Assembly (NCBI GenBank): GCA_965113315.1
Contig: OZ220374.1
Origin: Podarcis vaucheri
Lineage: Eukaryota
Direction: 5' to 3' (one strand)
DNA: 64,000 nucleotides
In this document: positions 1 to 11,307 of the stretch, one piece after another
Numbering within the stretch: position 1 is the first letter of the stretch
Layout: every line of letters begins with the position of its first letter
Made by a program: the position numbers and the translations under genes
Notes under the pieces: model-generated
Databases searched by the model: none
Told to the model about the DNA's origin: nothing
The model's input: the letters and a program-made list of their open reading frames with translations, nothing else

Positions 1-85
1 TGGAGCATTATAAAATCAGGTCAAATCAAATTAATGGCAACCATTGGGCTAGAGTTCTGTGAAGAATTACCAAAGGAGGGGGTCA

Positions 86-325
86 GGCTGTGCTTTGGAA
101 GAACAGCTCAGTCTTGCAGGCCCTGCAGAAAGATGTCAAGTCCCACAGGGCCCTAGTCTCTTCTGACAGACCGTTCCACCAGATCAGAGCCACAGCCCAA
201 AAAGCCCTGGCTCTGGTTGAGGCCAGCCTAACCTCTCTGTGGCTTGGGACCTCCAAGATGTTTTTGTTTGAAGACCGTAAGGTCCTTTGCGGGACATACC
301 AGGAGAGGCGGTCCCGTAGGTTCCC
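86..325 (-). mobile_element. L2-like LINE fragment
   Basis: The motif gttccaccagatcagagccacagcccaaaaagccctggctctggttgaggcc resembles the reverse complement of squamate L2 3' ORF sequence. Confidence 0.5.
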
Positions 326-1013
326 TCCCCATGTTGCTCATAATACGTACGTCATGGACTAAAGTGGCACACTCCTGAATTTTTCCACGTGCCCAAATAG
401 ACACAGGTCTTTGTGCCTTTATGGTTTTCATCACGGAAGTGAATAGCCACCATCTCCTTTAAAAATAAGGAATGTTTTGCTACATTTGCTGCTGTCTCAC
501 AAGCCCCTCATATATGCTTGCAATTCAGCAACGGGTGAAACATCTAGTTGGCCTGAGGCTCTGAAAGATAAGTAATGCGGCCTTGGAGAATGGGGATTAA
601 TAATCACCAACTTCCCTTTCCTGAAATAGTTCTGCATGAATACCCTGCTCATGCTAGCTTCCCAGGTAATTAAATCCAGCGCTGGTGCAGTTTATGTGCT
701 CTTTTATCAACACTCTTCATGACCCTGGCTGTTTCCATTAGGCCATTTAAGATCTTGTTTCCCTGTCCTGCCATGAGAAAGCTATCAGCCATTTGCTTGT
801 GCCAGTAAACTTTCAGGCCTCTAATAATGTCGACAGACAAAACCCTGCTAAACATGATGTTGAGATAAAATGGTGATTGACAAGGTTCATATATGCTGGT
901 TTTATAGGGGAGTAATGAACATATCATTTGTCACTAGTGTGCAAAACTCTCTTGCACTCCAGGCATTGGCTGGGCTACTATGACACCATAGCATGTTTAT
1001 GAACATTCACACT

Positions 1014-1191
1014 GGGTGTTAAGGGAGGGGTAGTATCTCTGGTGGAGGACACACCATGCTCCTTCTGGGTACTTTATCCACCTTTGGTCGCCACCCTGCA
1101 CTCAGCTCTCACCTGTGGCTCCTAGAAGCTGTCAGCATGTGACAGCAGCAACACACCAGGAACAGCTCAAGTGGCGGGCTAAACCAGGTGA
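1014..1191 (+). ncRNA. Candidate HDV-like self-cleaving ribozyme (degraded copy) at the element 5' end
   Basis: Element order P1-J1/2-P2-P3-L3(UCC)-P3'-P1'-GG-P4-GCUAA-P2' is discernible. P2 is tcacctg (1109-1115) with caggtga (1185-1191). Confidence 0.6.
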
Positions 1192-1208
1192 TGGGTCTCA
1201 AACCATCT

Positions 1209-1461
1209 GAGCCAGTGTGGTGTAGTGGTTAAGAGCAGTAGACTCGTAATCTGGTGAACCGGGTTTGTGTCTCCGCTCCTCCACATGCAGCTGCTGGGCT
1301 AGTCCTTGGGCCAGTCACACTTCTTTGAAGTCTCTCAGCCCCACTCACCTCACAGAGTGTTTGTTGTGGGGGAGGAAGGGAAAGGAGAATGTTAGCCACT
1401 TTGAGACTCCTTCGGGTAGTGATAAAGCGGGATATCAAATCCAAACTCTTCTTGTCTTCTT
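1209..1461 (+). mobile_element. tRNA-derived SINE (Squam2-like)
   Basis: Head gagccagtgtggtgtagtggttaagagc with A box, degenerate B box, body ccttgggccagtcac, and (TCT)n tail. Confidence 0.8.
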
Positions 1462-1505
<44 letters not shown>

Positions 1506-1780
1506 TTATTTATACCCCACCCATCTGGCTGGGTTTCTTCCCACAGAATATTAATAATAATAAAAAAGCAATAAAACATCAAGCATTAAAAACTTTCCTA
1601 AACAGGACTGCCTTCAGATGTCATCTAAAAGTCTGGTAGTTGTTGTTCTCTTTGACATCTGGTGGGAGGGCATTCCACAGGGCGGGCGCCACTACCGAGA
1701 AGGCCCTCTGCCTGGTTCCCTGTAGCTTCACTTCTCGCAGTGAAGGAACCACCAGAAGGCCCTCGGAGCTGGACCTCAGT
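1462..1780 (-). mobile_element. 5'-truncated L2 LINE 3' end with (TTA)n tail
   Basis: Reverse strand encodes RAFSVVAPALWNALP, typical of the L2 ORF2 C-terminus. (AAT)n run at about 1463-1505. Confidence 0.85.
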
Positions 1781-2177
1781 GACTTCCCCTGCATGTGAAG
1801 ACAGGCTCCAGTGGATTGAACAGATGAGACCCATAGTCTAACAGTCAAGAAGGTGCTTTCTGCACGTGCTGTAGAGGGAACTGAGGGGCAGAGGGGACTC
1901 ATCCACCTGGAAAGGTAGCCCATCTAGGAGAAGGGAAACTCTGATCCTAAACCTCTGCTGCCTTGTGGGGTACATTCGGGAGAAGAATAGGCTAAGGAGT
2001 AAAACCTGCACAAATCCAGACTGGAGTCCCCAAGACTGTTGGATGGCATTTTGTATGCCTCCTTCTGGCAACTTCTGCAGCCAAGTTGGTGCCAAGTATA
2101 TTGCTCTGCTTTCCATTAGACCACATCAGCAAGACCGAGAGGGGGGTCTTGTTGTCTGAGCAGCCCAGGACCTCCAT

Positions 2178-2499
2178 GAAGGAGCGTCTCCACCCCCATC
2201 GTTCTACCCGGACACTGAGGTCCAGCACCGAGGGCCTTCTGGCGGTTCCCTCACTGTGAGAAGCCAAGTTACAGGGAACCAGGCAGAGGGCCTTCTCGGT
2301 AGTGGCGCCCGCCCTGTGGAACGCCCTCCCACCAGATGTCAAAGAGAACAACAACTACCAGGCTTTTAGAAGACATCTGAAGGCAGCCCTGTTTCGGGAA
2401 GCTTTTAATGTTTGATGTATTATAGTATTTTAATATTCTTTTGGAAGCCGCCCAGAGTGGCTGGGGAAGCCCAGCCAGATGTGTGGGGTATAAATAATA

Positions 2500-2540
<41 letters not shown>
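2178..2540 (+). mobile_element. 5'-truncated L2 LINE 3' end with (TTA)n tail
   Basis: Same family as 1462-1780 but opposite orientation. Confidence 0.85.
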
Positions 2541-2542
<2 letters not shown>

Positions 2543-2855
2543 CACATTGCCCAGGCTTGTGCCCTGGGGAAGTCACTTTTGTGCTGCTAACGCAGCAGTT
2601 TGACTTTGCGCCTGGAGACGCACTCCATTGTGTCTCGAAACAGACAGGTGCCAACAACAGCAAGAAAACTGCCAAAGAGGAAGGTTCAATCACATAGCAG
2701 GGGCGGCCTGTGCTCATCCTGCTTCCTTACACCATTATGATTTTCAGCGCCAGAGAGGGGGCACGTTATAGGGTCAGGCTTCAGCAAGCTCTTCAACGCA
2801 ACGTTCCTCTGGCCACCCTCAGCTGATCTTCATGGGGGAAGGCGCAAGTCCAATC

Positions 2856-3043
2856 CATGGCTGTCAACCTTCCCTTTTTTTGCGGGAAATCCCCTTATTC
2901 CAGCGCCGTTTCCCGCTGCTTCCCGCTGCTATCCCAGATTGTTAGATATCCCATAGACTGTCCCCGGGACAGGTGAGGCTGCTGGTCCCTTATTTTCGAG
3001 GCTGCTGGTCCCTTATTTTCAAATCTGAAAGTTAACAGCTATG
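2856..3043. mobile_element. hAT-type MITE inserted in an old tRNA-SINE
   Basis: TIRs catggctgtcaac / gttaacagctatg. 8-bp TSD gtccaatc / gtccagtc (7 of 8 match). Confidence 0.8.
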
Positions 3044-3155
3044 GTCCAGTCCCTGGCTTCTCCTGATATGGTAGGAAATGCTTCTATCTGAAACCCTGGA
3101 GAACCACTGCCTAGATGTATCAGTGGCCTGATTCAGGATAAGGCAGCTTCCTATG
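3044..3155 (+). mobile_element. Old tRNA-derived SINE body and tail
   Basis: gaaaccctggagaaccactgcc...ggcctgattcaggataaggcagcttcctatg, a common squamate SINE tail. Confidence 0.5.
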
Positions 3156-4354
3156 GAGGTGACATAAGACATTTAGTCCCTGGCCTTGGCAAGGAGGCAA
3201 TGAACACCGAGAATCCGTGCTGGAACCGGCCAAGTTTCTTACTCTGATCTGAATTATTAACAGAACCAACATTTTAGCTCCAGGCTTCTAATGTATATAT
3301 CAATAAGCACACAGACGCACAAATAGAAAGTTCTGCCGATTCAGACTCTCCATCTGTGCACAGAATACAGATGGATTGTTTTCCGTCGCAGTTTCCTGTC
3401 AGAGCTGCCGCTACTTCAAAAAGGCTCTGGGAATGGCTGAGGTCCAGATGAAGCCTCGCGTTTCAGGGCAAAATGCTGTTTGGAGATCTCCAGGGCAGAT
3501 CTCGAATCCGGCTTCTTGTGTTCTTACATGCTTGCTGGGCCTCTCAGGCCTGCGGGGGGATGCGAGGGCGTGTTGTCGAGCTCAGCGCATTGTTCCAAGA
3601 ACAGAATGTTACCTTGCAGCAGTCTGCCCTACAAAAGGATGCAGAGCCGGAGGAATCCCAGCCTCACGCAGCTCATTTAGATGGGCTAAGATAAAGCAAA
3701 GGCATCTGATCCTTGAGCCAATGTGAAGCTATACAACTTAGGGCATAGGTCCCCCATCCAATGAAATGGGATTGGCTTTGGAGAATACTCAGCGTATTGA
3801 CTGGTACTGTTTCCATACTTCTGCTGAGATGCAACTTTCATGTCTGAAGCACACCCAGGCTAGGCGCCTAACTTGGGAGACAGGACAGCAGCCTTCAAAG
3901 GATCCCACAGATGAGAAGAATCAAGTTCAGGGGTAAACATGCATGCTCTCTTTAGCCGATTGTGCCTTAAAATGCTGAGGAAGGGATATAGCTCAGTGGC
4001 AGAACTCTTGCAGGAAAGAGCCTGTGTCTTTAATTGCCCCCCAAAACTGTGCTTGGCCTTCAGTGTCAAGTGCAAGACTATGCTGAGTGCTGCTAGAGCT
4101 CCGTGTGCAAAATGGAGGCAGAGATGCTTCTCCTTCACAATTGCAAACAGCTGTTGGTTATTTTACCAATACAGATATTTGGCTAATAAACAGCCCAGTA
4201 GGTGTCTGCCTATGTTGGCAGCAAGAGCCTGCAACTTACACAATTCACCGGTAGTGTGAAGCTAAAGGAGCCTAATATTCATCATGTATCAGATGCCTGG
4301 GTACATGGGTAGCAGTGGGAGCTGCACAGGTCAACATCAAGCCGCCCTCCCCAC

Positions 4355-4592
4355 CATAGCTGTCAACTTACAGATTTGGAAATAAGGGAACAGCAGCCTC
4401 GAAAATAAGGGATCAGCAGCCAAAATAAGGGATTTTCCGGGCACAGGTATGTTCAACTTCTGAGCCCCTCCAAGCCAAAGGCAGAAAGCCCAGCCAGCAG
4501 CCAAACGAAGCCTCATCAATAAGGGACAGCAGCGGGACATGGCACTGGGGTAAGGGACTGTCCCGCCAAATAAGGGACGCTTGACAGCTATG
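4355..4592. mobile_element. hAT-type MITE related to 2856-3043
   Basis: TIRs catagctgtcaa / ttgacagctatg. Perfect 8-bp TSD ctccccac. Repeated aataaggga subterminal motifs. Confidence 0.88.
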
Positions 4593-7500
4593 CTCCCCAC
4601 CCAAAAAACCCCAAAACCCTATATTTTTGATAGTGTACTGCATTGTCCCATTTCAGAGTGAGAAATGCCGGTTTGCTTAGGGTTGGAATTCCACACTGAG
4701 CAGGAAATCCGAGTCACTGTGAACAGCTACTGTGAGACTTTAAGGGCGAAGTGAGCTTTGTGTGGCTGCCAACGTTGCGAAAGTCTCGATAGTGGAAATT
4801 AATTGCCAGCTGTTACTGGAAGCTCATCATCACCTCTTTCACCTTCACGGTCCTCACCTCCTATTTTCTCCAGCGCTTTCCCTTGCACTCTCCAGACATC
4901 TTCTTGGACGTCACCTACAAGCAGCCCTCGGAACAAGCAAATATTTTACAGCCCAGCAAGCAAGTGTCAAGAGCTGCAGCTCATCCAGACTCCGCCGTCT
5001 TCAGGTCTGGAGATGTCAATGCCTGTGTCGGGTTTTTTGCATTAAATATAGCGCCGGTCAAGGTTTTCTTAGGAGCAAACTCCAGAGTCGTCGGCCGAGA
5101 GGCTGGAACATATTTTGCCACACAACACAACCCCTTTCTAAGCAGCCAGACTAACACTGTGCACACACCATACATTTAAGGAAATCTCTCCCTGCCCCAA
5201 AGAAAAAAATCACAGGAAGTGTAGTTTCCGAAGGGTGCTGAGAATTGTTGCTCTGTGGTGGGTGAACTACTGTTCCCAGAATTCTCAGTAGGGGTGCTTT
5301 AAAAGTATGGTGTGTGAGGAGTCTAAGAGTGAGTGGGCCACAGTCTAAGCATATCCACACTACAGATGTGACAGTCACTCTCTCTTCTGAGGGCATCTTT
5401 GGAACTGTGATTCTGTGAAGGGGCTAGAGGTCTCCTGGAGGAGACTCTCTTTTGGGGGGTGGGAAATGGTATAAAATCAATCTAAGTCTGTAGGCCTAGA
5501 TGCACATCAGAGTTCTTCTGATGCAGAACTGATGCCCTGCCAAAATGCCCCCGCCCAGATAGGGGGGAAAACCCAGCTGCGTAACCAAAAGAGGGAATCT
5601 TTAAATTCCAACACATTTCCGATGCTACTCTTCCTTAGGGCAAGAAGAATTGCTTCACCAATAAGCAAGGCAGTTGGCTCCCACTTATCCATTTGATAAA
5701 CTGCAAAGGCCTGTTTTACATGTAACTTGAGTGTCGCTGCTTAACCAAGTGATTCCTTTGCAGGTACCTGCTAAAGAGAAAAACAGTTTACAGGCAGTAG
5801 GGGAGCCTGAAGTATCAAGGACAATTTCTGATGAGGCAGTGAACGAACCACATACAAAAAGACCCCATTAGCCAGTCCTTAACTTTCGGAAGTTACAATG
5901 GCTGCAACAGGTGTTCCGTGGCAAAAGGAGCCTGGGACATACAAGCGAGAGCAGCCCACATCATTGGCTGATACCAGCTATTTCCCAGAACCCTTTTTCT
6001 TCAGCGGCCATTCAGCCTACTCATCATTAAACCTTGCTGTGCCTTTATGAGGCATCAGGGCCCCAAACCTCCCTTGTTGGCCTGTTCCCTCACCATTCCG
6101 TCTTCCGCTTTTGTATCACATCTATTAAAGCCTACAGGCAAGGACTGTGTTGTTTTCTTAAGCACCTAGAAAAGTCTTAAGCACAATCACGATCATAATA
6201 ATGACATAATGGAGCAGGGTGCTTTTTTTCAAAATAAAAATAAAAGCCGGGGCCTGAGCATGCTACAGGCATAGCAGCGCACAAAGGAGCACAAGTTCTG
6301 ACGGGTTAGGCACAGCTGCTGCTTCCAATACTGCTGCTGGCTAGATTTTTTAGGAAATTACCCTGGTTAGGGAGTAACAGAGCAAGAACTTGGCAGAGCA
6401 GGCAGCCAGGGACGATACTGGGCCTTAGGTTTACAGGGCAGTGTTTAATGAACTTTGAGAGTCAAGTGAGGATATCAAGGCCCGAGGCCTAAAGCACAGG
6501 CTTCACAAAATAAATAAAACACTTCACGTACAGCCTCATCAGCTGCCTCTTGTGCATTCTTTAGCCAGGTTAAAGAAAGTGTTGCGTTTGTGTTGAAATT
6601 CTCCCTCTGTTCACTTCAGCGCAGGGGTGTCATTGCGAACAATTAGCAAAGAAGAAACCTGCAAATATTCCCAGCCTATTTGTGGCCCACTGCTCTTGGT
6701 GTCTGTCGTGGTTTTGTGGACGGTTGTTTTGCTGAGGAAGTTAGGGACCATGGACGAAGAGTATCCTTTGAAAGGGACCGGCCAGTTTACTTGAAGGATG
6801 TCCTTAGCACATATAGGCTCGATGTGAAACTGGTGCCACAAAATGGGTGCCTTTTAGCTAAGTTTTACTCAGAGTAGGACCATTGAAATGCATGAACATG
6901 CCTAAGGTCCATTAATGTCAATGTGTCAACTCTGAGTCGATCTTAGGCCCAGTCACTCCATTGAAGGAAGGTGAGGACAGGTGACCTCACCTAGGCCCGA
7001 AGTCACCCCCCCACCAAAGCAGGCTCAAAGCTTCTCAAAGCTTTTCAAAATCATTTCCTCAGCAGCTAAGCATCAGAAACATTCCGCTTGCTGTAACTAA
7101 AAAGATTGCAACAAGGTAGAGAACAGAGCCCATTGTCTTCTCAGGCCTTTCTCAGAACCACATTGCAACTTGCTTTCTCTCCGGGAACCATGCCAAAGCA
7201 CAAGAATGAAACAACGGGAACACTCTGAAAACCCCCTCACCCCCTTTCCTGCCAAGAGTCCACAATAGTCCCAAGACAGCTTTCTGTACATGCTCAGGAA
7301 CCTCAACATGGGGCAGGACTCCTGAGGGAGGAGAAAGGGGGAGGGAACTGGAAAGGGGTATATATGCTTGTGCAAATGACTGTGAACTTCGTGCATGCTT
7401 TTTGTGACTTATCACACTTGCTCCTTCTACCAGTTCATGGATGGTAGAAATAAAAAGCCTTTTCTCCAAAACTATTCCTTGAGTGTCTGTTGACTCCCAC

Positions 7501-8115
7501 TTCCCTTTCCCAGGCGCAATGTTTTTCCCACCTGAGGGCAAAGCCTCATAAGGCTACACCATGTTTAAAGCATTCCGACAACACTTTAAACACTTCCTCA
7601 TACCCTGCAGCTGTCCCAGTGGGACATCGTGCCAGATCATGGTGGCCATTTTGGGCACTGTGATTTCGGCCCCAATAAAAGCACATCTTTTGGGTTCTTG
7701 TGCAGGTCACGTGACTTGTGCCAGAAGCAGAGCCAAGAAGACGGGACATCCCGGTTTGGGGACTCAGCGCGTTGGAGGGTATACTTCCTGCAAAGCATTA
7801 TGGGAGTTGCAGTTTGCTATGGGTGCCAAGAGTTCTTAGGAGACCTGTTCTCCTCTCAGAGCTATAACTCCAAGAGTTCTCTGTGAAAAGTGGGTTGTCA
7901 AACCACTCTCTGGAAACATGCAATTCACAGAAATCTTTGGGGAAAGCCACGACTGTTTAAAGTGGCATCATAGTGCTTTAAATGTATGGCATGAATGTGT
8001 CCTACGCTGAATTCTACCCAGTGTTCTTTCTGCTGTTGTGAGACACCAATCTTCAGTGCGGCGGCAGCTATTTTCTCTGGAATTCTCTGCCTATTAATAT
8101 TTGTCAGGAGTGTAT

Positions 8116-8723
8116 GGGGTGTTAGGGAATGGGTAATATCTCTGATGGGAGATATCTTGGTGCTCCTCCTGGGGCAGTTTGTCCACCTTTGGTCCCCACC
8201 CTGCACTCAGCTCTCACCTGTGGTTCCCAGAAGCTATCTAGCTTTTGACAGTGGCCACATCCCAGGAAACGGATCTGATTGGGCAGCCGATGGGTCTCAA
8301 ACCCTCAGTGAGTTATGGACTTCCCCTGCATGTGAAGCCAGGCTCTGGCGGATGTAGCAGTGGGTCCAATGATCAAGAAGGCAGTTTCTGTATGTGCTGC
8401 AGAGGGAAGGAAGTGAGGGCCAGATGGGGCCCATCAATCTGGGAATGTTGCCCATCAGAAAACTCTGACACTAAACTTCCACCGCCTTGCAGCTGCACTC
8501 GTCCTTTCTAAAGGCTTTGGGAGTAAGCCCTGAGGAAAAATTCGTACCCACTGCCTTGTAGGACACCTTCAGGAGAAGAAAAGGTTAAGACGCACGCTCT
8601 ACACACATCTGGAACAGTGTCCCTAAGACGGTTGGGTGATGCCTTGTGATTCTTCCACAATTTGACTTCATCCCCATAGGCCCACTCCATTGTATCTCAA
8701 GACAGACAGATGGCAACAACAAC
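8116..8723 (+). mobile_element. Non-autonomous RTE-derived element, copy 2 (internal deletions)
   Basis: Aligns with copy 1 from its first base (ggggtgttaggga). Ends cactccattgtatctcaagacagacagatggcaacaacaac. Confidence 0.75.
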
Positions 8724-9392
8724 ATTAGTCAGAAACCTTCACTGTACAGTTATTGATGCCTGCTTAAAAAAACAAAACACTTTTTGCTTAGGTAAACCAT
8801 GTAATTTTATTATGTACATTTTAAACATGTCTGATTTTATCTATGTTTTAATAAGCTGATTGTGTCTACAATTTTAATGTCTGTTTTTATCCCTTTTTTA
8901 AAACAACCACACAATAGCTTGTATTATTTTATGTAAACCCCTTCATGAAAGACGTTAAAGTATCTCATTGTTCAGTATGTTGTTTGGTTTTCTGGGCAAT
9001 TTTTCTCCTATAATCCATGGCTTATATTAGGTTTGGGGAGGGGTTACATTATATTACTGTATTCTATGCCTTTTAACATTCCGTAAACTTTGAAGTTTTA
9101 GTAAGCTGCCTTGAGGTTTAGGAAAGGGTACAGCATTATTTTAAAAGTAAAAGTTACAGCATGTTTTCTTGGTTGTTTTCAAGGTAAGCGTTGATTGAGG
9201 CATGTTCTCATGCAAAGCATCTGTCTTGACAGAGCAAAAATTACGAATGAATGAAAGCAAGTGCATTGTTCTGATGATGCCTTAAAGGCACATAAATCCT
9301 AACCCTATTCACATTTTAGCCTCATAGACAAATAATCTGTAAATGTAGTCTTATACTTAAACACTCACGCTTTTTTCCTTGTATGTCTTGCC

Positions 9393-9406
9393 CTGCCCTC
9401 TAGTGG
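9393..9406 (-). promoter_or_regulatory. Candidate CTCF site (CCACTAGAGGGCAG)
   Basis: Close match to the CTCF core consensus; motif only. Confidence 0.5.
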
Positions 9407-9781
9407 AATTTAACACTAAGAGCACCTTATTGTGTGAAACTATTCTCACACACCATGGTTTGACACAAGAAAAGGTTGCTTGAGATCAAAACAGGGAAGA
9501 AGAAACAGTGAATGAACAGCAGAGTGAACTTGGCTTTCCAAGGAAGGAAGGAAGCACAGCTGCGAAACAGCTGAGATCAAGAAGGCTGACCGTCAGCACA
9601 TTTAAGAAAACCCTCATACATGTCAAGTATTTTCAGAAATCTTCCACGGATAAGAGGTATCTCGGAGGCAGAAAAGCAATATGCTGACATATAGTTAAGT
9701 GGAATCGAGGTGCATCTGATGAAAGCAGAGCGAAAGCAGGCACATATACTTGTATACACAACTCAGAGAGACACACACACT

Positions 9782-9930
9782 GGAGGGCAGTTGGTTAGAG
9801 CGTAGTGCTGATAATACCAAGGTCGCAGGTTCGATTCCCGTAAGAGACAGCTGCATATTCCTGCATATTTGCAGGGCATTGGACTAGGTGATCCTCTGGG
9901 TCCCTTCCAACTCTACAATTCTAGGATTCT
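9782..9930 (+). mobile_element. tRNA-derived SINE with CR1-type tail (Squam3-like)
   Basis: cagttggttagagcg A box, ggttcgattccc B box, tail ggtcccttccaactctacaattctaggattct. Confidence 0.8.
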
Positions 9931-11159
9931 GTGATCCAGAAGGCACTTGGGAGAATTTCCTCAACAACCCATTCTAACAGAACTCGCCTTAAACTCCCAT
10001 GAGGTTGCAAATGAGTTGGTGGAGAACTGCGTGAAGGGAAACAGAAATATGACACTCCAGGCCCTTGGGACTTTCTCAGACCATACCCCTTACCAGCACT
10101 GCTCTGCATCTTCATCAAGTTTGCCTAGAAGATGTCCCTGAATTGGGATAACGCCCCTTGTTTGCCTGGATGGAGAGGTAGGTATGTGCACATGTATAAA
10201 CCCCTGACTTTCGTGTGGCCCAAATCTAGCCTAGTGTACATAGCAAACATCAATTTCGTCCTCCCAATGTTGTTTATGGACATTGGCCGGAAAAGGTTCC
10301 TATCTGGAAGTTTCTGCGTCTCGGCTGGGATGTCCTGCATTTCTCCACCAGCGGCAGTCAGTGACACAGAGCTCTGTCTGGATCAAAGCTGTTGTGAAGA
10401 TGGGACTCTTCTCTGGAGCTGCCTAAAGTTTTGCAGGTGTTCAGATTTAGGATCCGTGTGCACTTTCCCTTCCTAGTGGTGCATTACCCTTAAAACACCC
10501 AGCCACAAAACCAGGCAGCCTGGATTTGTTGAGCAGAAACACAAGACACCAGGGACTGACGGCTGACTGGGTCTATAGGCAAGCACAGCGCTAACGACAG
10601 ATGTTGTGTCAACTTCGCAGCGCAGGCCTGCCAATGGATTTGCTATTCTAGAAGCGGGCACAAGCAGCCATGCCAAATTTCCTGCGGTTTAGTGATATGA
10701 AGCAGGTTATGAAGCATCAAAACCAGACAGGCTTCCTAATTCAATTCAGTGTGATGGAAATCGGGCTCAGGAGTGGGATGACTTAAGGCTCTAGCCTTAA
10801 GCAAAGATCCTTTCCGGTTCCCCCATAGACTCTTCTCGGTTAACTCATTTTCCTCTTCGTGTGTTCCCATATTCTAATCGAGATATGGATGCTATTCTGT
10901 ATCAAGGATGAATATGGTGCCCTCCAGCTGTTTTTGGACTGCAGCTCGTATCAGCCTCAGGTAGCACGGCCAGCGGTGGTGGAGGAAGTTGACGTTCATC
11001 AATATATGGAGGTCAGCACGATGAGCACCCCTGTTCTGGACTGTAAACCTCTCAAAGGGATGGAGATTCTTATCCACCCCCACTTAACCTCACAGTAAAA
11101 GGAGAATGGCACAGATTCAACCCAATGGCATCTCCAGCTAAAGGATCCCAGAAAGGCTG

Positions 11160-11160
<1 letters not shown>

Positions 11161-11208
<48 letters not shown>

Positions 11209-11307
11209 TTATTTATACCCCGCCCATCTGGCTGAGTTTCCCCAGCCACTCTGGGCAGCTCCCAATCAACTGTTAAAAACAATACAGCATTAAATATTAA
11301 AAACTTA
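11161..11307 (-). mobile_element. L2 3' end with (AAT)n microsatellite, inserted in an older SINE
   Basis: ttatttataccccgcccatctggctgagtttccccagccactctggg, the same terminus as 1462-1780. Confidence 0.8.

Larger units (their letters stand above)
1014..2663 (+). mobile_element. Non-autonomous RTE-derived element, copy 1. Pieces 1014-1208, 1781-2177 and 2541-2663, split by nested insertions.
   Basis: Colinear with copies at 8116 and 56916. Has the RTE-type 5'UTR motif (cccatctaggagaagggaaactctgatcctaaacc) and an RTE-type 3' end (cactccattgtgtctcgaaacagacaggtgccaacaac). No RT ORF. Confidence 0.75.

Noticed and set aside
1229-2603. ORFs with poly-Leu, poly-Asn or poly-Ile runs (also 11070-11324)
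   Set aside because: They are translations of the (AAT)n/(TTA)n tails of L2 elements, not genes.
9716-9745. CTGATGA...CGAAA hammerhead-like spacing
   Set aside because: No closing pair for stem II and no convincing stems I or III; likely chance or a decayed relic.
9782-9845. tRNA-like sequence (also 3983-4005 and 1209-1280)
   Set aside because: No complete cloverleaf; these are SINE heads.
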